In this document: in pieces, positions 43,964 to 56,229 of the stretch | How the letters are laid out: each line of letters opens with the position of its first letter | Numbering within the stretch: the stretch's first letter is position 1 | NCBI GenBank assembly: GCA_036172245.1 | Contig: JAYWIR010000045.1 | Location: 62,001-126,000 of the forward strand | Length of the DNA: 64,000 bases | Direction of reading: 5' to 3' | From: Raillietiella orientalis | Taxonomy: Eukaryota | Made by a program: the position numbers and the translations under genes | Notes under the pieces: generated by a model | What the model was told of the DNA's origin: nothing | The model's database searches: none | What the model saw: the letters and a program-made list of their open reading frames with translations, nothing else

Positions 43964-46131
43964 CTCCTGACGAAGAGTGTCCTCCGGGATTCAGCCTCCT
44001 CCTTGAGCTGGATGGCTGGATGTGCTCTTTCTGCACCTCACCGAAACTCGGACTGAGGTTTCCAGATTGGACGGCGCCGAGGAAAGAATCGTCGCAGGAT
44101 CTGCAGCCGAGATCGGATTCCATCTCTCGACACCGCGCGGAATGGCAGTCCCAGTCGTCGAGAAAGGAGGGAAGGGGTCCACGCTGTGGAAGAGACCTCA
44201 TTCCAGCGGATGAGAACCACCGTCTTCACGCCGCGAAGTCGGACTGGCTGTCGACGCGGGCATCTTGTGATCACTCGTAGCTCCGTTGCAGATCTCTTCC
44301 GGGGTCGTTGGCCTCGTCTGATTCTTTCGATCGAGTTGCGGCCTCAACCGAGTCAGACGGGGCAGAAAGGAGGAGGGGGGAGGGGAGGTTTGAGTGTGTG
44401 TTCTCCTTCCCCCCTTCTTCCTACTACATCTGAGGATGAGTCAAAGGCGGGTCCTCCGCTACGTTCTCAAGGAAAGAGATTAAAAAATTACCTGATGCGG
44501 ATGCTGCGCCACGAGCCAGGTACAGCAAGCAACATCCCATGCGGGTTTATCGCACTCGAAACTCCAATTTTGACATGATGATTCACGACCTACCGAAGAG
44601 CTCTTTGCGGCAGCTGCATCCCATCTCCCCTCCCCTTCTCTTCTGAAGCTGAAAGGCAGTGGGAGGAGGGGCATGAAAAATCAAGGAGACACCCGCGTCT
44701 CCCGCAAACGCCACGAAACTTGCCCGTGGATTGAAAAGACTCGTGGGAGTGAGTGTGAGGAGCTGCTGGAGGCGTTGGCATCGGGAGGACGCGTCCTCGA
44801 ACTTGGGCCGGCAACGACGGGCTCTCGTCCTCATTTGAGGATTCTGTCCGGGAAGAAACGCTCTCCATGAGGAGAGGACGGAGGGTGACCGTTTGGTAAC
44901 CCTCTGGAGGCTTGGAAACAAAGTCTGTCCTGCACCAGGGGGCACCTCTTTTAGCTTCCGCCTCGTTGCCGGGCACCTTTGGGCGCGACCAGGGAGCGAA
45001 GATGCGATTCCGCAATCCCTGGTCCGCAACCTCCGGCGCAGGGCGCCCAGCATATCCGGACGAGAGCTCATGTGCAGCCGTTCCCGTTTTTGGCACGATT
45101 GGCTCTCGCCCCGAACGAAGCAGGGGTCTTTCCGGGAATGAAGGCAGCCTGCATATGCAATCGCTGTTGCTTTTTTTTCTCGAGATTTCATTCATATATC
45201 ATACAATCCCATTCGTCACGCTATTTTGTAGCACTATGTGCTTGACAGCTCCCCCTTTCCTTCCACACTCTTTCCTTTTCCCCCTTTTCTTCCTGCCTCG
45301 CGTTCAGCCTCGTCGCAAGAGGGCTGCGTCTTCGAACACCATCGAGGTCGCATCCTCATCGCGACCTGTGACGTCCTTCTAAGGAGCCGCAGAGAGTTGC
45401 CCACCCACCATCTGCGGCAGCTTCGCCTCGCTGCCTCCTGGCAGAGGACGCCCCTCCTCGCCGCCTCGTAGCTGCCGCCACCATCTGCGGCAGCTCCGCC
45501 TCTCCTACTCCTTGCAGCAGCAGCACTGCCTTTCCTCCTCTTCGCACCGGCCGTCCACCATCCGCGGCAGCCCTACCCCTACACCTCCTCGAAGTTGCCG
45601 CCCACTATCGGCGGCAGCTCCGACTCGCCGCCTACTTGCAGCGGATTTGCATCCAGTGCGGGCTTTACCCTGGTCCCATCTACCAAGCGTCCTCCAGGTT
45701 ACATCTCGGGAATGCAATCCTCCCTCCTTGCCTGCCTTCCACGCGGGATGGATCGAACGGGGCGCTCGTGTACGACGATCAGCAGACATCGGTGTGGCGG
45801 TGGCCATGCGGGCCCGAACGGGCACCTTAGGGGCAAGCGGATGCCCTCTCACGCAGCTCGTAAGAGCTGCCGCCCTCATCCCACAGCTGGGATGCTCGCT
45901 GGATGCTCCTCCCGCTTCCTGTTGCAATTTTCTCGCCCTGGAGGAAGGCGAGGGAAACAGGGAAGGAAGGAAAAGAGGACGTGGATCGTGAGCTTGGGGC
46001 ACGGAGAGGAGTCGCAGCTCCCGGAAGAGTTGCCTGTCGCGAGAGAGCCAAGCAAGTGAGGTCAGAGAGGCATCTCTTTCTCCCTCTCCGGGACGCTTCG
46101 GGTCAGGAGCTCTTGGTGGCGATTGAGCTAT

Positions 46132-46700
46132 TTCCCACCCGGGTGCTCTGGGGCGTTTATTACTAAATTATCCGGGAACTCTGTTCCCGGACAAAGGACA
46201 CAGAAAAAAGAAGGGAGGGTCCCCGACACGCAGGTCGGTAAATATGAAAGTCCGGAAAGGGAGGGAGGGGACCATTTATATTTTTTATACACGTATAAAA
46301 AATATAAATAAAAATATGGGGAGGGTAGGGGACAGAGGTCTTTGGCTTCGGAGGCGATTGAGCTGCTGTTCTGAAAGCGGACCGCGTTGCCGGTCGAGGC
46401 ACAAGGAAGAAGACGGAAGCACCGCTGAGCGACCACATCGAGTTGCGGAGGCAGCAACTCCTTTTTGACCGACCTCAGTTATGTTGTGGCAGTGCCTCTG
46501 TGCCAGCAGGCGCCTTCCGTGCGGGTGGCCGGTGGGACAGCGGCGGGGCAGCGCTGCAGCTGGATGGTTCGCTCAGGGAAGTTTCAAGCCTCCTTACGCC
46601 TCGCCTTCGGCAAAGGTGGAGGTTTGGACTCCAGGCGCGCAGTGATATTGTGCGGCATCTCCATGCGAGGCTGTTGTTGCTGCTCGCTTGAAATCCACCA
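46132..46700 (-). mobile_element. LINE 3' fragment, second subfamily
   Basis: 3' tail AATAAACGCCCCAGAGCACCCGGGTGGGAAA; hairpin CCGAC-CTGCGT-GTCGG shared with 63123-63138. The 5' limit is uncertain. Confidence 0.6.
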
Positions 46701-47769
46701 CGCACCGAAAGGGATGCTATCTATGAGGAACGGCTATTCACGTCCCAGAAGCTGATTCGGAGAGGAAAGGAAGCACCGCATCCGTGAAAATCGGCTTCGG
46801 TAGGGCTTGATGCTTGGATGGGTGAAGGGCTCCCTGTTAACGGTTCTGCAACAGCCCGATGGTCTTCTTCAGGGTGACGGTAACCCCATCATCTTCTGCA
46901 GGACAATGTTGCTGGCGCCGACAGACGTGGACGAGGTCGATGGATACGACGAGCACGGCATTGTTGATCTTCTCCGCTTGCCCAATAGCCGCGAAGAGGG
47001 CAGAAGAGGAGGAAGACGTTCGGTCCTTCTCTGGATCCCCCACCTTACCCGGGAAGATCGCTGGCACCTACGTTTCCCGAGCTGCAGCAGCAGGGACTGC
47101 GCCATCGGTTGTCAGGAGCGTCCAGGTTCCTCGTCAGTTGAGCACGTTGGGAGTCGTGGGGCCAATGGGAGCTTGAGAGAGATGAGTCCCTTCGTCCTCT
47201 CCTGTCTGGAATTCAAGGTGGGTGCGTTCAGCAAGTTTTCTGTCGGGGAGCATCCCGACCGTCCCTGCGAAGGGCTGACTTTCACTTCACGTGGACATGC
47301 GCGCCCCGAATTCGCCCCGGGGAAAGCAGCTGCGGATTCTCAAGGTCAAGGGGAGACCACGCCCTTTGTGTATTTTTGCTTTCGAGCACGAAGAGGCAAA
47401 GCAAGCAAACAACGGAAAGCAATTTCCCAGCCTTCTTGATGAAAGGTGAGAGGGTGGTTCACCATCCAGCAAAGGTCAGGTGGACTTGGTGAGGCCGAAC
47501 GGCCTCACGATATGTGCCTTCGAAGGACGTGGACAGGAGAGGGAGGGAGGAAGACAGTAAGAGAGGAGGGGTCCCTACTTTCGCACAGGAAGTGGGTTGC
47601 CGACCAGGAATGGCGACTCCCGAAGCATCGTCACCCTCCCTGACCAGCAGGCTTAGTGCACAGATGCTGTAAATGCAAAAATCTTTCTGCTGCAGCTCCA
47701 GACAGAAAAACCAGCCTAGGAGCTAGCATCTCCCTGGTGATAATCAAGGAATATTTCAAATCTACTTTC

Positions 47770-47985
47770 AAGATTTTTTATAAATAACATAATTAAAATC
47801 AGGAATGAAATTAATATTATTATATAATGAATAAATTATGCATATAAATATTTTTATGTCACACAATAATATCAAATTATGTAAATTTATGCTAAAATAT
47901 ATTTCTATTAGTTACTTAATTAATATTAAAAATGATAAAACAGAAAATATTTTAACTCCAAATTATTTTAGAATAATTTTAGGAC
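47770..47985. other. Extremely AT-rich, non-periodic island
   Basis: Sharp compositional edges inside GC-rich TE sequence. Confidence 0.85.
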
Positions 47986-48089
47986 TTCAACACAGAATCT
48001 TTTTTAGGGGGGAAGAGAGAGATGGAAGACGGAGAATGGGAGATGGCGACGCATCGGATGGATGGACGAGCAGAAAACCACTGCTATGT

Positions 48090-48610
48090 CATGGTCTCCG
48101 CTCCCTGTGGGAACTCTTTGGCTCGTCCCTGCGGATCCCGAGGGCAGCCCCAGAAACTTCCTGAAGAGCCTCTTCCATCGTGATGCCCTCACAACTACCT
48201 CATCCCTAGCAGCACTTTGCTATCTATGTGGGATCGTGGTTGCATCGAGCAACGCCAGAGGAGGCCACAACGGCAGGGATGCCACCTATCGCCAAGATGG
48301 CACCATCTGGGAGTCTTGAAACAGGAAGTTGCTGGCATCCTTACAAAGATGCAGAAGACGCCCTCCAGCAAACAGTAATCCCTTCCCGAATCCCCTACCC
48401 CCTCACCCCATTTTTCCACTGTATGTTTTGTGTTTTATTTATTTTTTTTATTCCTCTGCTGCCGAGGCGAACCTCACCGGTATGCATGACAGTTCCCGGC
48501 AGGTTCCTTTTCGTATGAATACGTAACGTGACTAGACCAAGCGTCCTGCCTTCGACCTGTATGTTTATTTTTTATATAAGCAAATGCCCCAGCGTGATCG
48601 GGTGTCAAAA
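48090..48610 (+). mobile_element. 5'-truncated LINE (copy D)
   Basis: SLFHRDALTTTSSLAALCYLCGIV matches the family ORF2 end. 3' tail ends GTGATCGGGTGTCAAAA. Confidence 0.75.
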
Positions 48611-49229
48611 CCAGCCGACTGTGGCTGCTGGAAACGGTAGAGAAAATGAGGTTCCGGAGTTTCACCTGGGGCAGATTACAGGAACCGGAAGTACAACGAG
48701 AGCCTTTCTTTCGTAGGGGAAGGGCAGTAGGAAGATGAGCGGGAAGGTTCAGGTGAGAGCCAAAGAGAAACAGAGGGAAGCACGAGAGCGTCAGGCACTC
48801 CTGCAGATCCAGGAGACGCCCTCGGGAAATCTCATGCCTCGCGCCCATTTCTCCTTTTTCAGGCTGTTTTGCCTTCTGGGTGTTTCCGCCTCTGGGCCTC
48901 ACGGAGGCCGTACGTAAATCCGCGCACGTGCATTGCGCCCGTGGGAGGTGTGTGTATGCATCCCTACGCGCGATCCCATGAGCGTGCTGACCTGTCATTA
49001 ACTTACCAGCCAAAGCCTGACACGCCCGCGCACCCCACTATCACAGACGCCGCTCACGAGGAAACAATTGAAAGCACGCATCAGGGAACATGTCCGTTCA
49101 AGTATACTCAGCCTGTACACATAGGTCCACGCACAGGTCCGTGTACGCCGGGAACACGCCTACGTCAGGATACAAGAGCGACGTGTGTACACGCAGAAGC
49201 GGGAAGATTGACCTTCGCTCGCGCGTGCA

Positions 49230-49560
49230 ACAGCAGCAGGGGGACCAAACCGCGTGTATGCACGCAGGAAAAGAGCGCGTAGGAGTGTGAGAGAGGGATG
49301 GGCACGCGATGCTCTACCGGGGGCATTGCGTGCCCATTCCCACGTACACACGCTCATCGGGCGGCCGCAGTCAGTCTGCTGCTAAGGGGACTGCCCGAAG
49401 AGAGGAACCTGTCGGAAGATGCCAAACTGTTGCCTTCCTTCTGAGGGACCCTCGTTCGCACCGTCACCCCTTCATGCTTCCCCCTCCCTCTCCCCTTCCT
49501 CCCTTCTCCCTCCTGCCTTCTGCGCCTTTTCCCCTTCTTCCAGAGGTCGCATTCAATTGA
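49230..49560. repeat. Dispersed repeat homologous to 39120-39430
   Basis: Same shared blocks as listed for 39120-39430. Confidence 0.6.
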
Positions 49561-52500
49561 GAGCGGTTCTCAGGGTCCTCCTCTTCTGTAGAAAAAATTC
49601 TCTTGGATTTGGAAACGGTTCTCGGGACAAACTGTCTTTTCTATCCCCTCTTGGCGGTGAGCGACACCGGAAGAGAAGGCAGCGATCCATTCCCCAAGGC
49701 CCAGAGGTCACGGAAGTCAGGTTCGTCTGTCAGACTTTCCGGCCAATCTGAGAGCCATCACCCGGCGATGCCTCCGGACGGGGGACCCTGATCCTCTCCG
49801 AAGCGCTTGACCTTGAGAGAACGCTCAGAGATTTCGGTCTGGATCAGTCCCCCGGGCAAATTCCATGACAAGAGCACCCCCCGTGCGCGTTCCAGCGCGA
49901 AGTCTGGTAGAGGGACTTTGGAAGATGGGGACAAGAGGGTTTCCTGGTTTCCAGAGGTGGACACCGCCTTCCCCTCCAGTCTCCTCGACTCCCCAAGGGC
50001 TTCACAGCCCCATAAGAGCGCAAGCCGCAAGCGGCCGCCGAGACTCTCTGCACCTACGATCCGAGCCCGCCGGGCGCCGCGGCCAAAGGGCGCAGCAAGA
50101 TGCGGTGGTCTCCTCCTCCAGGCAGGATGGAGGTCATTCTCCGGGAAGGCAGGCAGCGATTGGGGAGTGAGAGCGGAGGGAAAGCAGCGACAGCAGACGG
50201 TCCGGGAGGGTAGGTCCCCGAGATGGGAAGGCGCAGGAAAGTGGCTGCGGCCACTGCAGGTCGGGAAGGAGACATGGGAGATGTCGCAAGGGGAGAAAAC
50301 GACCGTGCGAGGTCCTAGAGGCGCAGCTTCCGAGAGGGAAAGAAAGCCTTCTCTAGGAAAGGTGAGTCCCCCTTCGGCAACGGGGGAAGGGGGCAGCATG
50401 AGGACGAAGGGCGCACCAGTCCCAGAGGATGAGGTAACGGCGAGCTGCGCAGTAGAGCTCGCTTGCAGCGGACTGGAAAGAGCGGGAATGCGTATGCCTG
50501 TTCTCTGCCAGAAGGCGGGAAGGAAGCCGCGTAAGCAATATGGAGCAGCGGGAGCCGCCGTTCGATTCAGTGGGTGGGAAGGGATGGAATATATTCTTGG
50601 CAACCGGAACGAAAAAACATACAAGAGAAGGCGCTTCCGGGAAGTCGGAGCCGAGAGGAGCAAGGAGATCACATTCCGGGAGAAGGCGATCAGGAGCGTC
50701 GGGAGGCGCCAGACGAACTTGGAGGGAACAGAAGACCGTCAGTGCTGCTGGACTTGATACCCTAACATCCGTCGCCCTGGGCAGCGAGGAGGGGAAGGGG
50801 GGGAAGGAGGGACTGGGGCTGGTCCTCCGATGGAGAGGAAGGGGAAGAGGGAGGCGCTCTTTCCTCTCCGGGTGGCTCTGGCGCTCCCCGTGAACTCGTG
50901 AAAGCGAACAGCATCACCAGCCTTGGGGGTGAGGGAGAGAGCCTCCTCCTTCTCCATGCCGTGGGGATGCCCTGAGAGGTCACCCGGAGGAAGAAAGGGA
51001 AGAAGAACGGGGAGGGGACCCTCCCGGTTGCTGCTTCCTGTTTCTTACCGGACCGACAAGGCTCCGCCCGCCGCTTCCCTGCCCGCAGGCCCTCTCTCAC
51101 GTTCCCCGAGCTACCCCTTCCCGTCTGCTGCCCGATCCGCGGTTCCCACCTGGAGTTCGCCCGTGCTGAGCGCCTTTCTGCCGCCCCATGACAGCAGACT
51201 CCCTTCCTCCACCTGCTCCTGACCAGGGCGGGTGGGAGGAGTGAGGTGGTCGCTTTCGCGTGGTCCCCGACCGGCTTCCTCCTGGTGGCTGTTCCAAGGG
51301 TGTCCTGGGAACGCCTCCTTCCCGCCGGTCTCCCTCCGGGAGTCATCCTCGTTGACTGTGGAGGGCGAGGATGCGCTTCAGGCGGGTCATGAGACCTCCA
51401 GAGGGCACACCCGGTCTCCACGGCAGCGAGACGTCGCCGGTAGTCCGAGAATGCTCATTCCCGCATCTTCCCCGGGAGGAAGAAGGCGCGGAGAGCGATT
51501 GTTTCCTGCAAAGCCCCCCACGACCCGTCTCATACACTGAACTCACTCCAATCATCCTTCGGACGGAGCAGGGGGGGAGTCCCCGGTTCCCTCTGTGTTC
51601 TCGGGAAAACGCGTACTGAAAGCTACTCCCGGAGGGGGCGGCCTCGCCGCGCAGCAGACGTTGCCGAACGGAAAGTCATCTGAAAGGCTACCTGGGGCAA
51701 CGGGACGAATCCTGCGCCGCGACCTCTGGTCCTAGAGAGGTGCGTGCCGCTGCTGGCGGGTCCCCGGGTGGACTGAAAGAGAACCACGTGGAGGTCACCC
51801 GGGTCTAGTCGCCTTCGGCACCCGTTCCGGATGGCACCGAGAGAAGACTGTCCGCGGCGCGGCTGCAGGAGAGGGAACTAAGCAAGGAGGGTGACTTCGA
51901 GAGGTCACAGAGGTCGCGACCCCCCTGTCTGTTCCCTTCTGGCATGCTCAGGATGCGATCCCTCCTCCCCCGTAGCCAAAGGCAGCGAATGGGTAGCTGC
52001 AGAAGGGGGCCGCGGAGGGATGGGTCCAAGCCCCCCTCTTGGGCAAGAACGCGTCGGCGCCTTCCTAGCCCGAGGCTATCCCGTGCAAGGAGCCTCAGGA
52101 CGCGAAGGAGAAGACTCTCCTGAAGGTGCCGGAGCAGAGGACCGATATGGCTTCCTGGCATGCCAGCGGGGTTACCTGCAGAACGACTCGCCGTATCCCC
52201 GCAATGATCTCTCTCCAGCTGCTGCAATCTCAGTGCCGACCCACATGCGCGGTGGACGGACCTTTTGGCGACCGAGAGGAACGCGCGGCGACTCTGAGGA
52301 GCGTCCCTGATGACGCCGTCCCAACTCCGGAAGGGACGAGGCCGCCGACTGCGAAGAGGAGGAGGTACAGAGGTCCCTGAAAAGAGGAGGAGGAGGAGAG
52401 GAGGAAGAAGAAAGGGAAGTGGAGGAGGAAAAAGGGAGGAATGGAAGAAAAGCGACTGTCCTGTTTTAAGAAGGCTGACCGTTACTTTGACCCCATCCTT

Positions 52501-52749
52501 CTCCATTTTTTCATTCGATTTTTACTAACCTCTCCTACATCAAAGAGGGGACCTTGCTCGGGGCTCTGCTTGCACTGCATGCCGCCGTTTCCCACCCGGA
52601 CAGCTGTGCCTGGGGCAGGGTCCTCAGTTCTATGTCTTTTATTTCCCCTTTTTCGGTCCATCTGGGGAGTGGACTGGAGTGTGGCACCACCTTCCAATCA
52701 TTCTGAAATTCCGGAACGAATTTATCGATTCCAGTTAGAAGACAAATGA

Positions 52750-52969
52750 ATTTCCACGATAGGAGCGGGAGAAACAGGTGTCAGCCAGAGACGAGAAAAC
52801 GCTGACCTAATGCAGAATCACGAAACTTCATCTGCGCTGCCCAGTAATCCGGCATGGATGACGTCACGCCGATCAGGCCATTTATTCGAGGTTTTACCTT
52901 GAATAAATGGGAATTTTACGATAAGAGCGGGAGAGACAGATGCCGGCCAGAGACGAGAAGACGCTGACC
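52750..52969. repeat. Pair of ~58-bp imperfect direct repeats
   Basis: ACGATAGGAGCGGGAGAAACAGGTGTCAGCCAGAGACGAGAAAACGCTGACC vs ACGATAAGAGCGGGAGAGACAGATGCCGGCCAGAGACGAGAAGACGCTGACC. Confidence 0.85.
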
Positions 52970-55900
52970 CTCCACTGGGGACAGGAGGAACCAGGGAAGG
53001 GCCAACACGTGGATACATAGGAGGAGCACGGTTTCCGAGCGCGGTAAGGGAAACGAGGGCTCTTGCATCTCACATCCCGGGTCCTGGATCCCTCCAAGGG
53101 GGGACGGGGGGTTGCGGACGGCTCGCCGGCAGGCGCTCTCGTTGCTCGGCGGCGACCGCCGTCGCCGAGCGGCGGTCGCCGCTCGGTTCGCACGAGGCCG
53201 AGGGTCGCCCGCGACGTGGGTCTGGAGAAGCGACCACCCCGTTCGGACGAGTGGGTGATGGGATCGATCCCCTGGGATGTCGCCGCCGGAGGGATCGAAG
53301 TGCGCGTCCGCGGTCCGCTGCGGGCTTTAGAGCTTCGGGGAGTGCGCGCAGGCGGGTGGCCGCGGTGCTGCGGCGGGTGCGCCCCTCGGGGATCCTCTCT
53401 GCGGAGGCGTGGTGAAGCCCCTGCTCCTAGAAGGGGAAGGAGGGAGAACGGTCGTGCCGGGATAGCAGGATGGCCAGGTGCTGGTAGCTAAGAGGAAGAA
53501 TAGAAGTGCCGATCAGGAATTCTGGGATCACGAAATTTCCTAGGGAAATTCCAACGGATTTAGACCCTGAGATAGGTCTTTGGAGGTGGCTCGACGTGCT
53601 CCCCCTCCTCCCCTCAAGAAAAAAAAAATCCATAAACCCGTCTAGAGTGCACGTCAGTCGATCTCCTCGACTCCAGCTTGATCCTTACATTACTATGGAT
53701 TCTTCTTCCTTAGAATAACCTGTTTCTACTTTTTTTTTTTTTTTTACTACTCTTTTGAGACTTTTCCAAGTTTTGAAGCCATCTCTGGATGAAAGACATT
53801 GTCGGCGGGTTTCTCTTTTATCCTTTCCCTGCGACTTGAGATTCCCTCTTCTGGGGCTAGCGAGTGAAACGCGAGGATGGGGAGGGACCACACACTTCCA
53901 AGGGGATCGGGAAGAGAAAATTTTCAGAAAAAGATGGAGCAGCCTGTGTGGTTGTGATGCAGAGTGGCCACGTGAGGTGAGGAAACTCGTGCACGTGGTA
54001 GCCCGTCCGCCTCGCATAGAAACCATCTCTCTTTCGTATCCCTTTGCCCCCTCTCAGACATCGATCTCGGCGTGATGGAGCGAAAGTGGTCAAACACCGT
54101 TTGTTTCATTTCTATTTGTTTGTTCTATTTGTTCACTTTTATTTTTTTGTTTTTTTTGCTGTTTTCCTTTTGGTCCGGCGACGTCCCTCGTCTGGAAAAT
54201 CAAGACCCTGGAGCTTGGGAACCCTGAGGTTCAGTAAATCCCTCGTGTGGTAAGTGGATGGAAAAGCCTACGTAGTCCTTGCACATCCGCTCGCAGCTCT
54301 TCCGTTTTCCTTTGCTCATGCAGGTCTCTGTTTTCACAATTGATCGCGTTTCCATGGTTGCCTGCTTCCCTCGGAGCAAGGCGCGTGGAGGAGCCAAAGA
54401 TGCTTCGAAGAAGAAGAAGAGGAGGAAGAAGAAAATTATTTATTTATTTTTCCATTTCCTCCTTTCGCACGCAGGGATTTTATCCCTTCAAGCAGGCTCT
54501 TCCGCCTGCACGGAAGGTCACTCGCCGACAGCGCAACGACGCGCGCAGCCCGCTCAGGGCAGATCAGCTCCCACGGTGAGCGTCCGAATTTCGCATGCGT
54601 CAGTAGGGAGGAATCGCGCGCGCGCCCCATCCCTCTCCGGCGCTCTCGTAGCTCGCACAGGAGCCGAGCAGATGGAAAATCCCGCTCGCACATTCTTCTC
54701 CGCCTCGAGAGACCGAGCACGAAGCCGCGGCAGCGACGAAGGAGAGATGTCCCTGGGAGCCGATGGATCCCGTGGAATCGAAGAGAAAGCTTCGCGAACC
54801 GGCCCCCCCTGTCGGTCGGTTCGCGAAGCTCCCGATGTAGGTAGGAAATTTCCGTAGTGAGGCGGGGGCCAGCGCCTGCAGCCTTCTCGCTCGCGCCCCG
54901 CCTCCCTCTCCACAGTTCTGGGCCACGGCTTGGGTATGTACACAAAAAGCGCTCGCTGCACGAGGGCAGCCTGTCTCAGAGCTCCCGGAAATGAATCTAC
55001 TTCCGTTCTTCTGGTTTCCTTTTCCTCGTTTTCCCGTTCCTTCCCCGTTTTGAGCTCAGTTTTAGATGACGGACGCGGTCGGAGCCTCCTGCTTCCGGGA
55101 TCTCGTAAGCCTCCCATCCTCCAGCGGGGTCCTTGTCCTCGCAGCCTCCAAACAACACACCCAGCGATGGCTAAACTTGGCCTGACCTACGCTCTGATCC
55201 TACCAGAGGATACTTTGGACAGCTTCTTCAGCCTGTTGACCCCTAAGATACCCGGCACTCCAGAATATCACCCGCTGCACAGCTTAAGCAGGGGGTGAGG
55301 AGGAGGTCTCAGATGGTGCCGACGATAGTGACGTAGATAGGTTTACGTCTCCATCGGTCAATGATCACTCTGCTGGTTCTCCTGGTGGAGATGTGAGGAG
55401 TGTGCACTGTAGGAAGGCAGATCTCCAGCCGATCAAGAGCGATTCGGACTCGCGATGGGATGAGACAGCTCGGGATCACCCATGATTAGTGATCCGACTT
55501 TCGATTGTGCGTCGTGTAGTGAAGTGGACCAATCTGGGACATGTGGCTCAAGGAAACCTCCACACATTTGGGCGGATCGGCCCGGAAAACGCACCCTCCA
55601 TCCCTCCCCTCCCCCTGCCCGACACTGGACCTCGGGGATCGCATTCATCACATCCCTTCTTTGCTTATTCATCAGCCCTCTTCTCCGTTCCCCCTCCACT
55701 CTTCCTTGGTTCTGCCTCAAAGGAAGGTTTCGTCCCTTTCATCCCCAGCCCGGCATCCCCAGTCCTTCCTAGACTGTGAAAATCTTATCCGCTTGCTTCA
55801 AACAGGTGACCCGGAAATCCGGGATGAGGGGGTGCGCGCGGATGGTCACTCCTGGCTTGTGCCGTCGCATGTGTCAGTCACCACCGCTCCTTCATCCACT

Positions 55901-56229
55901 TCCCCTTTAGCGGAAGGGAAGGAAGGGAGGCACGTGTGCCTCGGAAACTCCCACAACAGCAACAGTTCACTCGGCCCAGCATGCGCACCGCCTCCCCCCC
56001 TTCCCCTTGACTCTCGTCTTGGGAACTGATAGCGTGTGGGCATTAGTCATTGCGTTCAATGTAGCGACCATACGTACACAGGGGAATGCGAATGAATCTC
56101 TTCGGTTTTGGCTTCTGCTACGGTTTTGCTACAGAAGCAGGTTCCCGGTGGAAGCATCAGGGCTCGGTAGAACACCGTAGACAGCGATGGAAGCAGCCTG
56201 TGCCTTGATCCTGTGCAAGTGGGATAGGT

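Noticed and set aside
43818..43967. HDV-like or hammerhead ribozyme in the LINE 3'UTR
   Set aside because: A CCTCGC-like word is present in some copies, but I could not build the HDV pseudoknot or a CUGANGA/GAAA core with the right stems.
40180..52506. Long ORFs such as 40180-41241, 49758-50757 and 51805-52506 as genes
   Set aside because: Low-complexity Pro/Arg/Ser/Gly text expected from GC-rich TE remnants, with no domains. They may be ORF1 relics but this is not supportable.
53060..53460. rRNA/ITS fragment
   Set aside because: GC-rich and structured, but no conserved rRNA core sequence was recognised.
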